A DNA stretch of 64,000 bases from Candidatus Zemynaea palustris (GCA_003134695.1 PLCB01000016.1:3528-67527), one strand, 5' to 3'. Counted from the stretch's first letter, positions 17,130 to 26,412 are shown. Numbers and translations are program-made. The notes: a model not told the origin generated them from the letters alone.

Positions 17130-17857
17130 TGAAACTCACGCTCGCCGCGCTCGAGCGACGCGTCGTCGCATGCCGGCGTTGTCCGGAGCTGCGCGCGTAC
17201 TGCGCCGAAATTGCACGCATCAAGAAACGCGAACATCGCGAGCGAACGTACTGGGGGCGTCCGGTTCCAGCGTTCGGCGATCCGCGAGCGCGTCTGCTGA
17301 TCGTCGGGCTCGCACCCGGGGCGCACGGCTCGAATCGCACCGGGCGCCCGTTTACCGGCGACGCATCGGGGATTTGGTTGTATCGCGCGCTTTATCGCGC
17401 CGGTTACTCGGATCGGGCGGTGTCGCGCGAGCGCGACGACGGACTCGTGCTGCACGACGTCTTGATCACGGCCGCGCTGCGGTGCGCGCCGCCGCACAAC
17501 AAGCCGACGCCGGAGCAGTTACGGCGTTGCGCGCCCTACTTGGATCACGAGCTTTCCCTCTTGCCCGATCTGCAGGCGGTTCTCGGACTCGGCGCGATCG
17601 GGACGCGGGCCGCCGCCGAGGCGCTTCGGCGCGCCGGCTATCGCTTCGAGCGGCCACCGAAGTTCGCACACGGCATGGAAGCCGTCGCCGAGGGTCCGCC
17701 GGACCGGCACGACGTCATCCTCATCGCTTCCTACCATCCGAGCCGCCAGAATACCAACACCGGCGTGCTGACCGAAACGATGTTCGACGCGATCTTCACC
17801 AGGACGAGGGTTCTCATAAACGACCGTGAGGACGCCGGGAAAAGGGCCGCGCCCTAG
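17129..17857 (+). CDS. uracil-DNA glycosylase, family 4/5 (Fe-S type)
   Basis: CRRCPEL... and GLAPGAHGSNRTGRPFTGD motifs, plus HPS near the C-terminus. ATG 17129 (or TTG 17126) overlaps the trmL stop. Confidence 0.8.
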   Translation: MKLTLAALERRVVACRRCPELRAYCAEIARIKKREHRERTYWGRPVPAFGDPRARLLIVGLAPGAHGSNRTGRPFTGDASGIWLYRALYRAGYSDRAVSRERDDGLVLHDVLITAALRCAPPHNKPTPEQLRRCAPYLDHELSLLPDLQAVLGLGAIGTRAAAEALRRAGYRFERPPKFAHGMEAVAEGPPDRHDVILIASYHPSRQNTNTGVLTETMFDAIFTRTRVLINDREDAGKRAAP

Positions 17858-17921
17858 CGGTGGGCAAGTGCGAAGCAATACCCTTGACCCTTCGCACGCC
17901 ATGACCAGCAGGAGAAGAATC

Positions 17922-19331
17922 GTGATCGCATTCGTTCGTTCGCAACGCGGTCGGCTCTCGCTCGCGGCGTTCCTGGCCGCTTTTGCAAGCGGCGGCGTCA
18001 CAGCGCTGGCCGACAGCGCTCCGCCACAGAATTTCGGAACGCCTCCGTCCGGCCAAGTTCCCATCCTCTATAACGACCAGCACGTCTACGCGAGGCCCGA
18101 CAAGATCAAAGCCAACCGCGCGTTGGCCGCTCTCGTCCGCGGCGGCACCATCCTAGTTCCGCTTCGTTCGATGTTCGAACAGATGGGCGCGACGGTGACG
18201 TGGGATCCGGCCTCGCAAACCGCCGACGTCTCAAAGACCGGCGCCGACGTCAAGGTCACGGTAGGCCGGCCCGAAGTCGTCATCAACGGCGAAACCCGTC
18301 CGCTCGACGTTCCGCCTGAAATCTATCACGGCGTCGTCGTCGTTCCGATTCGCGTCATCTCCGAGGGGATGGGCGCGTACGTACAGTGGGTGCCCGACAA
18401 GCGCGTCGTCGTGGTTCGGTACATCCCGGCGCCGCCGGCGACTCTGCCGCCTCCGCCACCGCCGCCGCCTCCTCCGCCAATCCTGAAACCGCCACCACCG
18501 CCGCCACCCCCACCGCCCCGGCCGACGCCCACCCCGGCGCCGATAGTCAGAAATCCGTACGAACACTTCATCGTCGGCGATTACATCTTCGCACCGAAGG
18601 TCTACAACGAGCTCAGTCCGGGCAATTCCGGAAAGGGAATATCGTATGCCGTACGCGGCGCCGCTGAGTTTCCGCTATTCGGACTGCCTTGGATGCTCGA
18701 AGGCGACTACCGGTCGTACAGCTATCCGCACAACAGCGAGATCAACCCCGCGCTGTTCGCGGGCGGTGTGAACCCGTGTCCGCATCCCGGCGTCGGCCCC
18801 TTTCCAGCGGCAGGTGACCCGGGCTGCGTCACCGTCATCGGGGCTTATGGCCAAACCGCCGTCCCCTCGTTCACCGCGAGGGACAGCGATTTCGATGCGC
18901 GCTTCGGCCTCAGGATCGCCCAGCCGCGGATCTACATCGGCGTCGGCTATCTCGTCCGCGAGCTGCAAGGTATCTCGAGTTTGGTGAGCCCGTCCGATGC
19001 CACGAACTTCACCTTGAGCGGCATCGGCGCGGGGATCGAAAAGTTGCCCGATCTCGAAAACACGGTGTCGGTGTACGGCAGCGTCTGGTATTACCCGACC
19101 ATCTCGGGGAACTTCACCTTCCCGGCGGGCGCGCCCCCGGCGTTGGTCGGTACCACCGACAAATTCCAGCAGCGCTTCCTCAAGTACCAAATCGGCGGAA
19201 CGTTGAACCTCGGAAACAGCGGTCTCTTCCTCGATGCCGGTTTCCTCGGCGACACGATCCGCGGTCAGAGTCTCTCGCCCAGCGATGCCAGCCATAACGG
19301 TGGCTATGTTGGCCTCGGGATAAAATTCTGA
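17922..19331 (+). CDS. outer-membrane protein: signal peptide, copper-amine-oxidase-N-like domain, polyproline linker and C-terminal beta-barrel
   Basis: GTG 17922 is preceded by AGGAG (17910-17914); ATG 17901 is the alternative. Signal peptide ends ...GGVTALA|D. The tandem halves LVPLRSMFEQMGATVTWD and VVPIRVISEGMGAYVQW fit Cu_amine_oxidN1. Proline runs are P11 and P10. The C-terminal ~260 aa has alternating beta-strand patterns and ends GLGIKF with a terminal Phe. Confidence 0.7.
   Translation: MIAFVRSQRGRLSLAAFLAAFASGGVTALADSAPPQNFGTPPSGQVPILYNDQHVYARPDKIKANRALAALVRGGTILVPLRSMFEQMGATVTWDPASQTADVSKTGADVKVTVGRPEVVINGETRPLDVPPEIYHGVVVVPIRVISEGMGAYVQWVPDKRVVVVRYIPAPPATLPPPPPPPPPPPILKPPPPPPPPPPRPTPTPAPIVRNPYEHFIVGDYIFAPKVYNELSPGNSGKGISYAVRGAAEFPLFGLPWMLEGDYRSYSYPHNSEINPALFAGGVNPCPHPGVGPFPAAGDPGCVTVIGAYGQTAVPSFTARDSDFDARFGLRIAQPRIYIGVGYLVRELQGISSLVSPSDATNFTLSGIGAGIEKLPDLENTVSVYGSVWYYPTISGNFTFPAGAPPALVGTTDKFQQRFLKYQIGGTLNLGNSGLFLDAGFLGDTIRGQSLSPSDASHNGGYVGLGIKF
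18447..18518 (+). repeat. CCN-codon low-complexity tract encoding P11-ILK-P10
   Basis: Eleven then ten consecutive proline codons inside the outer-membrane protein gene. Confidence 0.9.
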
Positions 19332-19354
19332 CGTAAATCGTTACCAGCCTCAAA

Positions 19355-19390
19355 GAGGGGCGTCGCAGCGGCGGCGCCTCTCTCTTTGTT
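19355..19390 (+). terminator. intrinsic terminator after the outer-membrane protein gene
   Basis: A 12-bp stem pairs GAGGGGCGTCGC with GCGGCGCCTCTC (two G-U pairs), with loop AGCG, followed by TCTTTGTT. Confidence 0.7.
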
Positions 19391-19479
19391 AGCACGGCTC
19401 TCGCGCCGCGTCCGGCAGGGCTCGCGCCACCATCCGAACAACCGGAGCCGCCTATATCGGCGCCGGAGCCCACCAGGAG

Positions 19480-20769
19480 GTGCGCATGCGCTCGCGCTCT
19501 CAGAAAATTCTTTTCGCACTCGTCTCGACGCTTGCGCTGCTCGTGGCGCCGGCGCCGCCGTCGCGCGCCGCCGAGCCGGTGCAAGTCACGTTTTGGTATC
19601 CCGTCGACCTCGGCGGCGGGCTCGCAAACGTCATGCAATCGCTGGTCGACGAATTCAACGCCGGCCACTCCGACGTTCACGTTACCGCGAGTTACACCGG
19701 CAACTACGACCTGACGTTCCAAAAAATCCAAGCTGCGGCGCTTGCGGGGACGCTCCCCGATGTCGCGGTGATCGTCAACGATCACACGCAGGTGCTCGCG
19801 CCGGCCGGAGCTCTCGAAAGTCTCGACGCGTTCGCGCGCAAAGCGGGCGGAAACACGTATCTCGCTCGTTTCTTCCCGGGCTTGCTGCTCAATAGTTATT
19901 CCGGCGGGAAACTTTACTCGCTCCCGTTTCAACGCAGCGTCCCTGTTCTCTATTACAACAAGGACGCGTTCGCCAAGGCCGGTATCGCCGAACCACCCGC
20001 GACCTGGACCCAGTTCGTCGCGGACGCGCAGAAACTGACGGTCCGTAACGGCAACGACGTCACCCGCTGGGGCGCAGAGTTTCCGCTCGAAGCGTACAAT
20101 TGGATCTACTACGCGCTCGTCTATCAAGCGGGAGGCGAGGTCATCAGCCGCGACCTCAAGCACCTCTATCTCGATCGTCCGCAGGCGAACGCGGCGATGC
20201 AATACTGGTGGGACCTGGTCAACAAGTACAAGGTGATGCCGCCGTTCACGCCCTGGCCGCAAGGTCCGCAAGACTTTGCCGGCGAGAAAACGGCGATGAT
20301 CGTCTACTCGTCGGGCGCGCAAGCTTTCTTCAGGCAATCGGTAAAATTTAATTGGGGTTTGGTGCGAATGCCTCAGGGGAAGCGCTCCGGCGTCGCCGTC
20401 GGGGGCGGGAACATCGCGCTGTTCAAGAAGCCGCCCGCCCAGGAAGAAGCCGCTTGGAAGTTCTTGTCATGGATGATCGAACCGGCGCAACAAGCGCATT
20501 GGAGCGCCCGCAGCGGCTACATCGCGGTCGACCGCTCCGCATGGAATCTCCCCGAACTGAAAGTCGTCGTCGCCGAACATCCCGAAGTCCTGAGCACCGT
20601 CAGGCAGCTCGACGAGGCGTACTTCGAGCCGAGCGCGCCGAACTTCACGCAAGTGCGCGACGCGCTGCACGACGCCACGCAAGACATCTTGGCAAATAAA
20701 ATCTCCGTTCGCGACGGCCTCAACGCCGTGAACTCTAAGGGAAACGCGCTGCTGGCCAACAATCCGTGA
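19480..20769 (+). CDS. ABC sugar transporter substrate-binding protein (family 1)
   Basis: 429 aa with a signal peptide (...APPSRAA|E). GGAGG lies 5 nt upstream. Followed by the ATPase and two permease genes. Confidence 0.85.
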   Translation: MRMRSRSQKILFALVSTLALLVAPAPPSRAAEPVQVTFWYPVDLGGGLANVMQSLVDEFNAGHSDVHVTASYTGNYDLTFQKIQAAALAGTLPDVAVIVNDHTQVLAPAGALESLDAFARKAGGNTYLARFFPGLLLNSYSGGKLYSLPFQRSVPVLYYNKDAFAKAGIAEPPATWTQFVADAQKLTVRNGNDVTRWGAEFPLEAYNWIYYALVYQAGGEVISRDLKHLYLDRPQANAAMQYWWDLVNKYKVMPPFTPWPQGPQDFAGEKTAMIVYSSGAQAFFRQSVKFNWGLVRMPQGKRSGVAVGGGNIALFKKPPAQEEAAWKFLSWMIEPAQQAHWSARSGYIAVDRSAWNLPELKVVVAEHPEVLSTVRQLDEAYFEPSAPNFTQVRDALHDATQDILANKISVRDGLNAVNSKGNALLANNP

Positions 20770-21866
20770 CGATTCCCGCGCTTCGGTTCGCCGGGGTTGG
20801 GAAATCGTACGGAGCGACCAAGATCCTCGACGATCTCAACCTCGAGATCGCCGAAGGCGAATTCTTCGTGTTGCTCGGGCCGTCGGGTTGCGGCAAGACG
20901 ACGGTGCTGCGTATGACCGCCGGCTTGCAACCCGTCGACCGCGGGGAAATCTATCTGCGTGACAACCCGCTCTCCGGCGTACCGCCGGAGCGGCGCAACA
21001 TCGCGATGGTCTTTCAGGATTACGCGCTGTATCCGCACATGACCGTCTATCACAACATGGCGTTCGGTTTGCGGCGCCACGGCCATGGCCGAGCCGAGGC
21101 GGACGCGCGCATCCGCAAGACCGCGGCTCTGCTGGGAATCCAACCTCTGCTCGAGCGCCGGCCGCATGAGTTGAGTGGGGGACAGCAACAGCGCGTCGCG
21201 CTCGGCCGCGCGATCGTCCGCGATCCGGCGCTCTATCTGATGGACGAACCGCTCAGCAATCTCGACGCGCAGGTTCGCGCCGGCGTGCGGACCGAGATCA
21301 AGGAACTGCAACGACGGCTCGGCGTCACCACGCTCTACGTCACCCACGATCAGATCGAGGCGCTCACCTTGGCCGACCGGATGGCGGTACTCAACGAAGG
21401 CCGCATCCAACAAGTCGGTCCGCCCCTCGACGTCTACCGCGCGCCCGCGAACGAATTCGTGGCGAGTTTCCTCGCCACGCCGAAACTGAATCTATTCGAC
21501 GGAACGATCGAACGCGTCGATGGCGCCGTTCTGGTTCGCACGGCGATCGGGACCTTTAGATCGCCGAACCCGCCGAGCGCGCTCGGCGGGCGGACGGCGG
21601 TACGCGTCGGTCTACGTCCGGAGGAGATCAAGGTTTCGTTTGCCCTCCGCGAGGGCGAGCCGTCGCTAGCCATACGGCTTCTCGAACCGCTCGGCTCCCA
21701 GGTTCTGGCCATCGCCGAGCGTGACGGCGCGGATGTGACGATCTCGGTTCCGGCGGATGCCGTCCCCGAAAAGGCGGAACGTCTGGGCGTCGTCCCGGCG
21801 GGTTGCGTGGTTCACCTCTTCGATCGCGACGATGGCGTCGCGGTCGCGCACTTTAGGTCGGCTTGA
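20766..21866 (+). CDS. ABC transporter ATP-binding protein (MalK/UgpC type)
   Basis: Walker A GPSGCGKTT, signature LSGGQQQR, Walker B LYLMDEPLS, and a C-terminal regulatory domain. Confidence 0.9.
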   Translation: MTIPALRFAGVGKSYGATKILDDLNLEIAEGEFFVLLGPSGCGKTTVLRMTAGLQPVDRGEIYLRDNPLSGVPPERRNIAMVFQDYALYPHMTVYHNMAFGLRRHGHGRAEADARIRKTAALLGIQPLLERRPHELSGGQQQRVALGRAIVRDPALYLMDEPLSNLDAQVRAGVRTEIKELQRRLGVTTLYVTHDQIEALTLADRMAVLNEGRIQQVGPPLDVYRAPANEFVASFLATPKLNLFDGTIERVDGAVLVRTAIGTFRSPNPPSALGGRTAVRVGLRPEEIKVSFALREGEPSLAIRLLEPLGSQVLAIAERDGADVTISVPADAVPEKAERLGVVPAGCVVHLFDRDDGVAVAHFRSA

Positions 21867-22732
21867 TGATGCCGCCGCGAGTCATGGCAGCGGCACGGCC
21901 GTATCTGTATCTCACTCCGACGCTCGCGGTGCTCGCGGCGTTCACATATTTCCCCATCGCCCGCCTCGCCGAAATGAGCCTGCGCGCTCCCAGCGTTGGA
22001 ACCTCGCTCGGTCCGTGGATCGGACTTTCGGCGTACGCGAAGTTGTTCGCAAACCCGTTGTTCTGGCGGGTTCTCGGACAGACGATACTCTTCGTCTTCG
22101 CGAGCGTCCCGATCGCGATGGCGCTCGCGCTCGGGCTGGCGTTGCTGCTCGATCAGCCGCTGCGCGGACTCAGCGTCTTCCGCGTCTTGTACTACACGCC
22201 GGTCGTCATGCCGACCGTCGCGGTTGCGGCCCTCGCCTTGTGGATGTTCAACGCGAATGGCGGAATCGTCGACTATTTTCTGCGCTCGCTCGGCATTGCG
22301 CCCGTGCCGTGGCTGGTTGAAAGCAAGTGGGCGCTGCCGACGCTGATCCTGATCGCGGTCTGGAAGAACGTCGGCTATTACATGATCATCTATCTCGCAG
22401 GGCTTCAGTCGCTGCCTCGTGCCGTGCTTGACGCCGCTCGCCTCGACGGCGCGCGCCCCATCATGCGCTTCTTCACGATCACGCTGCCGCTGCTCCGCCC
22501 GACGACGTTCTTCATCACCGTCGTCGCGCTGATCGGCTCGTTCCAAGTCTTCGACTTCGTCAACCTCATGACGCAAGGCGGTCCGAGCAACGCAACCAAC
22601 GTCCTGGTGTATTTCGCTTACCAAAACGGTTTCGAATACCTGCAGCTCGGGATGGCGGCCGCGATCAGTCTGATCATGTTCGCGCTCGTGCTGGGGATCT
22701 TGGGCCTGGTTGCAGGGGCGCTCAACCGATGA
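21863..22732 (+). CDS. ABC sugar transporter permease (MalF/UgpA-like)
   Basis: 289 aa, six TM segments, EAA-loop-like AARLDGARPIMRFFTITLPLL. Confidence 0.9.
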   Translation: MMMPPRVMAAARPYLYLTPTLAVLAAFTYFPIARLAEMSLRAPSVGTSLGPWIGLSAYAKLFANPLFWRVLGQTILFVFASVPIAMALALGLALLLDQPLRGLSVFRVLYYTPVVMPTVAVAALALWMFNANGGIVDYFLRSLGIAPVPWLVESKWALPTLILIAVWKNVGYYMIIYLAGLQSLPRAVLDAARLDGARPIMRFFTITLPLLRPTTFFITVVALIGSFQVFDFVNLMTQGGPSNATNVLVYFAYQNGFEYLQLGMAAAISLIMFALVLGILGLVAGALNR

Positions 22733-23544
22733 TTCGCCGCTCCGCGTCCTACGCGGTCCTCGTGGCCGGCCTCGTCCCGCTGCTGCTGCCGTTCTATTGG
22801 ATGGCCGTTACGTCGCTCAAGCCGAAGCGAGAAATCTTCACCGCGACGCCGCAATGGCTGCCGGCACATCCCGCCTGGGACAATTATCTGCTGGCCTGGA
22901 CCGCCGAGCCCTTCGCGCGGTTTTTCTTCAACAGCGCCGTCGTCACGGCGCTGATCGTTGCGTTGCAACTCGTCCTGGCGTCGCTCGCGGCTTTCGCGCT
23001 GTCGCGCTTCGAGTTTCACGGCCGGCGCATCATCTTCTGGATTATCGTCGCGGCCCTGATCGTCCCGGTGCAGGTGACCTTCATCGCCAATTTCATGACG
23101 CTCGCGCACTTCGGTTTACTCAATACCTACGCCGCGCTCATCGCGCCTTACGCGGCAAGCGCTTTCGGCACGTTCCTCCTGCGCCAGGCCTTCGCCGCGG
23201 TGCCGCGCCAGCTCGAAGACGCGGCCCGGCTCGACGGCTGCAGCGGCCTCGCCTTCCTGTGGCACGTCCTGTTGCCGCTCTCACGCCCGACCGTCCTCGC
23301 CTTCGCGCTGGTCGCGATCGTCGCGCACTGGAACGACTATTTCTGGCCCTTGATCGTGACCAACAACAACGCGGTGCGCACCCTGCCGATCGGCCTCGGG
23401 ATGTTCATCGGTCAAGAAGTCACCACCGACTGGAACCTTTTGATGGCGGCGTCGATCTTCGTCTCCGCGCCGATGTTGCTGCTATTCTTCTTCATGCAGC
23501 GCTACTTCGTGCAGTCGATGCTCCGGACCGGAATCAGAGGCTAA
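22729..23544 (+). CDS. ABC sugar transporter permease (MalG/UgpE-like)
   Basis: 271 aa with EAA loop DAARLDGCSGLAFLWHVLLPLSRP. Confidence 0.9.
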   Translation: MIRRSASYAVLVAGLVPLLLPFYWMAVTSLKPKREIFTATPQWLPAHPAWDNYLLAWTAEPFARFFFNSAVVTALIVALQLVLASLAAFALSRFEFHGRRIIFWIIVAALIVPVQVTFIANFMTLAHFGLLNTYAALIAPYAASAFGTFLLRQAFAAVPRQLEDAARLDGCSGLAFLWHVLLPLSRPTVLAFALVAIVAHWNDYFWPLIVTNNNAVRTLPIGLGMFIGQEVTTDWNLLMAASIFVSAPMLLLFFFMQRYFVQSMLRTGIRG

Positions 23545-23656
23545 AGCAAACTCTCTCGCGCGCCTTCGGTATGGAGACCGGACGGCGTTGCGCCGAGGGG
23601 CGTTGCAAGTCGCCGCCGCGGCCCGGAGGGCATACGCGGTGGCGATCTGCCGAGTA

Positions 23657-23682
23657 GCATTTTCGCATGGATGCGAAAATGC
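23657..23682. repeat. perfect 12-2-12 AT-rich inverted repeat between convergent genes
   Basis: GCATTTTCGCAT GG ATGCGAAAATGC, in the 188-nt gap between the ABC permease gene and aspS. Confidence 0.8.
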
Positions 23683-23732
23683 GAACGTACCCGAGACGCT
23701 ATGCCGGCCGGGCTCCGCCGAAGGCGCCGAAC

Positions 23733-25508
23733 CTAGCCGGGAGGTTTTGTTTTAAGCGCGAGGCCGAGGTCGCGTAAGAGGTCGACGGGGACCGAAGAGG
23801 GTGCGTCCATCATCACGTCGCGGAACGTCTGGTTCTTCGGAAAGGCGATGACGTCGCGGATCGACGTCTCGCCGCAGGCAAGCATCGCGAGCCGGTCGAT
23901 GCCCCAGGCCATCCCTCCGTGGGGCGGCGCACCGTAACGGAGCGCTTCCATGAAGAAGCCGAAGCGCGCTTCGATTTCCGCGTCGGAAAGGCCGAAGATC
24001 TCGAAGATGCGACGTTGGAACTCCGGGTCATGAATGCGAATCGAGCCGCTGCCGAGTTCTGAGCCGTTGAGCACGAGATCGTAGTGCTGGGCGCGCATCG
24101 AGAGCGGATCGGTGTCGAGCAGCGCCTCCTGTCCCGGCGCAGGCGAAGTGAACGGATGATGCGTCGGCGTTAGCGCGCCCGTCTCGGGATCGCGCTCGAA
24201 CAGCGGAAAGCCGACGACCCAGCAGAATGCGAACTTCTCCGGATCGCGCAGGCCGAGCCGCTCGCCGACGTGCAGGCGTAACTTCCCGGCGACGTCGGAG
24301 GCGAGATCTCTCGGCCCGGCGACCAGCAGCAGCGCGTCGCCGGTTTGCGAACTCGTCGCCGTTTGGAGTTTGTCGACGGTTGCGTCGTCCAACAATTTTT
24401 GGATCGACGCCTTCCAACCATCGGCGGCGTAGGAGAGCCAAATCAGTCCGCCGGCGCCGAAGGATTTCGCCGTCTCGGTCAACTCGTCGAAATCGCGCCG
24501 CGACAGCGCTGCGCCGCCGGGATAGCGAACCGCGACGATACGGGATGCGTCGCTCGCCGCGTGTTCCTGCAAGAACTTGATCGGCGTCCCGGCAAACGCC
24601 TCGGCGACGTCGACGAGTTCGAGTTCGAAACGCAGGTCGGGTTTATCGCTGCCATAGCGGCGCAACGCTTCGGCATGCGCGAGCCGCGGAACCGGCTGTG
24701 GAATCTCAACCCCGATCGCCGTACGCCAGGTGTAGACGATGCATTCTTCCATCAAGGCCGTCACGGCATCTTCGTCGACGAACGACATCTCGACGTCGAG
24801 CTGTGTGAACTCCGGCTGCCGGTCGGCGCGCGTATCTTCATCGCGGAAGCAGCGCGCGATCTGCATGTAGCGGCCGAGCCCGCCGATCATCAAGAGCTGT
24901 TTGAGAATCTGCGGCGACTGCGGCAACGCGTAGAACGTTCCCTGATGGAGCCGGCTGGGCACGAGGAAGTCGCGCGCGCCCTCGGGCGTTGACTTAATGA
25001 GACAGGGCGTCTCGATTTCGAGGAAATCCCGCGCGTCGAAGAAATCGCGGATCGCCTTGAGGATCTTGTGACGGACCGTGAGATTGTGCTGCAGCCGCGG
25101 GCGCCGCAAATCGAGGTAGCGATACTTCAAGCGCAGCGACTCGTCGACGTCGGCCTCGACGTTGATCGGGAAAGGCGGGACGAGCGAACGGTTGAGAACG
25201 TCCACGCCCTCGGCGGCGACTTCGACCTCGCCCGTAGAAAGTTTCGGATTCTCGGTCCCGGCCGGCCGGCGGCGCACTAGTCCGCGCACGCGCACCACGT
25301 CCTCGTTGCGCAGCGTCTCGGCGACGGCGAACGCCTCCGCCTGCGACGGATCGAAGACCGCTTGCGTGATCCCGTCTCGGTCGCGCAGATCGATGAAGAT
25401 CAAACCGCCGTGATCGCGCCGCCGGTTTACCCAACCGTCGAGTTGGACGGTCGCACCGACGTCGCTCGCGGTCAAGGCGCCGCAGGAACGCCTTCCCAAA
25501 TCAGGCAC
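23733..25508 (-). CDS. aspS: aspartyl-tRNA synthetase
   Basis: Class IIb motifs FIDLRDRDG, QSPQILKQLLM, FRDEDTRADRQPEFTQLD and GGMAWGIDR. Start set at GTG 25508, just overlapping the GT2 stop. The ORF extends to 25574. Confidence 0.95.
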   Translation of the reverse strand: MPDLGRRSCGALTASDVGATVQLDGWVNRRRDHGGLIFIDLRDRDGITQAVFDPSQAEAFAVAETLRNEDVVRVRGLVRRRPAGTENPKLSTGEVEVAAEGVDVLNRSLVPPFPINVEADVDESLRLKYRYLDLRRPRLQHNLTVRHKILKAIRDFFDARDFLEIETPCLIKSTPEGARDFLVPSRLHQGTFYALPQSPQILKQLLMIGGLGRYMQIARCFRDEDTRADRQPEFTQLDVEMSFVDEDAVTALMEECIVYTWRTAIGVEIPQPVPRLAHAEALRRYGSDKPDLRFELELVDVAEAFAGTPIKFLQEHAASDASRIVAVRYPGGAALSRRDFDELTETAKSFGAGGLIWLSYAADGWKASIQKLLDDATVDKLQTATSSQTGDALLLVAGPRDLASDVAGKLRLHVGERLGLRDPEKFAFCWVVGFPLFERDPETGALTPTHHPFTSPAPGQEALLDTDPLSMRAQHYDLVLNGSELGSGSIRIHDPEFQRRIFEIFGLSDAEIEARFGFFMEALRYGAPPHGGMAWGIDRLAMLACGETSIRDVIAFPKNQTFRDVMMDAPSSVPVDLLRDLGLALKTKPPG

Positions 25509-26412
25509 GGTCGTGCTCCAGTGCGTCCTTGATGCCGCTGACGTAGTGATATTGGTAGACGACGTTGCGCGCAAACCCCGGATGGTCGGCGCCGGTGCGC
25601 TCGAGCCGCTCGAGCAGCCGCGGACTCTTTTGGACCACGCTGTGCAGGACGAGCGACAGCGGCGTCATCCCCAGACGCGCCTTGACGCCAAACGCGGGAT
25701 GTTTGCGGTAGAAACGGACGGTCGAACGGCCGGCGAGCTTCATTTTTTCCTTTTGTTCGTCGTAGGGAACCGGATGCCAGTGATAGTTCACGGCGCGCGG
25801 TTCGTACAAGATCCTGACACCCGCCTGCTGCAGGCGGTAACCGAGCTCGAGATCCTCGTGACCGTAGCCCGTGAAACTCTCGTCGAAACAGCCGACGCGC
25901 TCGAGGTCACCTTTGCGAACCGAGGCGTTTCCGGTGAGGAAGTAGAGCCACGACAGGCGCCTGCGTCCGGCGGGGTGGAGCGGCCGGCGCCGCCCGGGAC
26001 GGTCGCGCAAGTGCTCGTACTCGTCGAGCGACCGCACTTGCAATTCCATCCCCACGACGGCGACGTCGCGCCCCGAGCGATGGTGCGCCAGGTGGCGCTC
26101 GAGCAGATCCGGCGACGCGATGATGTCGGCGTCGGTGAAGAGCACGATCTCGCCCAGCGCCGCACCGATCCCCGCGTTACGCGCCGTCGCGCGTCCGTTG
26201 TACGCTCCGGGAAGATGGCGAACGTTCGACCGCTCGGCGGCGACCTGCGCGAGGTACGCGGTCGTGCCGTCGTTCGAATTCGAATCGGCGACGACGATTT
26301 CGTAGTGCTCGGCCGGTAGCGTGCTCGCGAGCAACGACGGCACGACGTGTCGCAACGTCTCGAGGCGGTTGTACGTCGGAATGACGACGGAGAGTTCAGG
26401 TCTTGGCGGCAT
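25501..26412 (-). CDS. family 2 glycosyltransferase (paralog 1)
   Basis: LSVVIPTYNR, DSNSNDGT, FTDADI, and YGHEDLELGYRL (a Glyco_transf_7C-like motif). Confidence 0.85.
   Translation of the reverse strand: MPPRPELSVVIPTYNRLETLRHVVPSLLASTLPAEHYEIVVADSNSNDGTTAYLAQVAAERSNVRHLPGAYNGRATARNAGIGAALGEIVLFTDADIIASPDLLERHLAHHRSGRDVAVVGMELQVRSLDEYEHLRDRPGRRRPLHPAGRRRLSWLYFLTGNASVRKGDLERVGCFDESFTGYGHEDLELGYRLQQAGVRILYEPRAVNYHWHPVPYDEQKEKMKLAGRSTVRFYRKHPAFGVKARLGMTPLSLVLHSVVQKSPRLLERLERTGADHPGFARNVVYQYHYVSGIKDALEHDRA

Noticed and set aside
18428-18548. Repetitive CCG/CCA-rich DNA that might be taken for a tandem-repeat or CRISPR-like array.
   Set aside because: It is in frame inside a long ORF and encodes polyproline. 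There is no repeat-spacer periodicity.
22710-23657. 315-aa ORF running from the permease gene into the intergenic gap.
   Set aside because: It is out of frame with a well-supported ABC permease, and its translation is an Arg/Ala/Pro-rich shadow.
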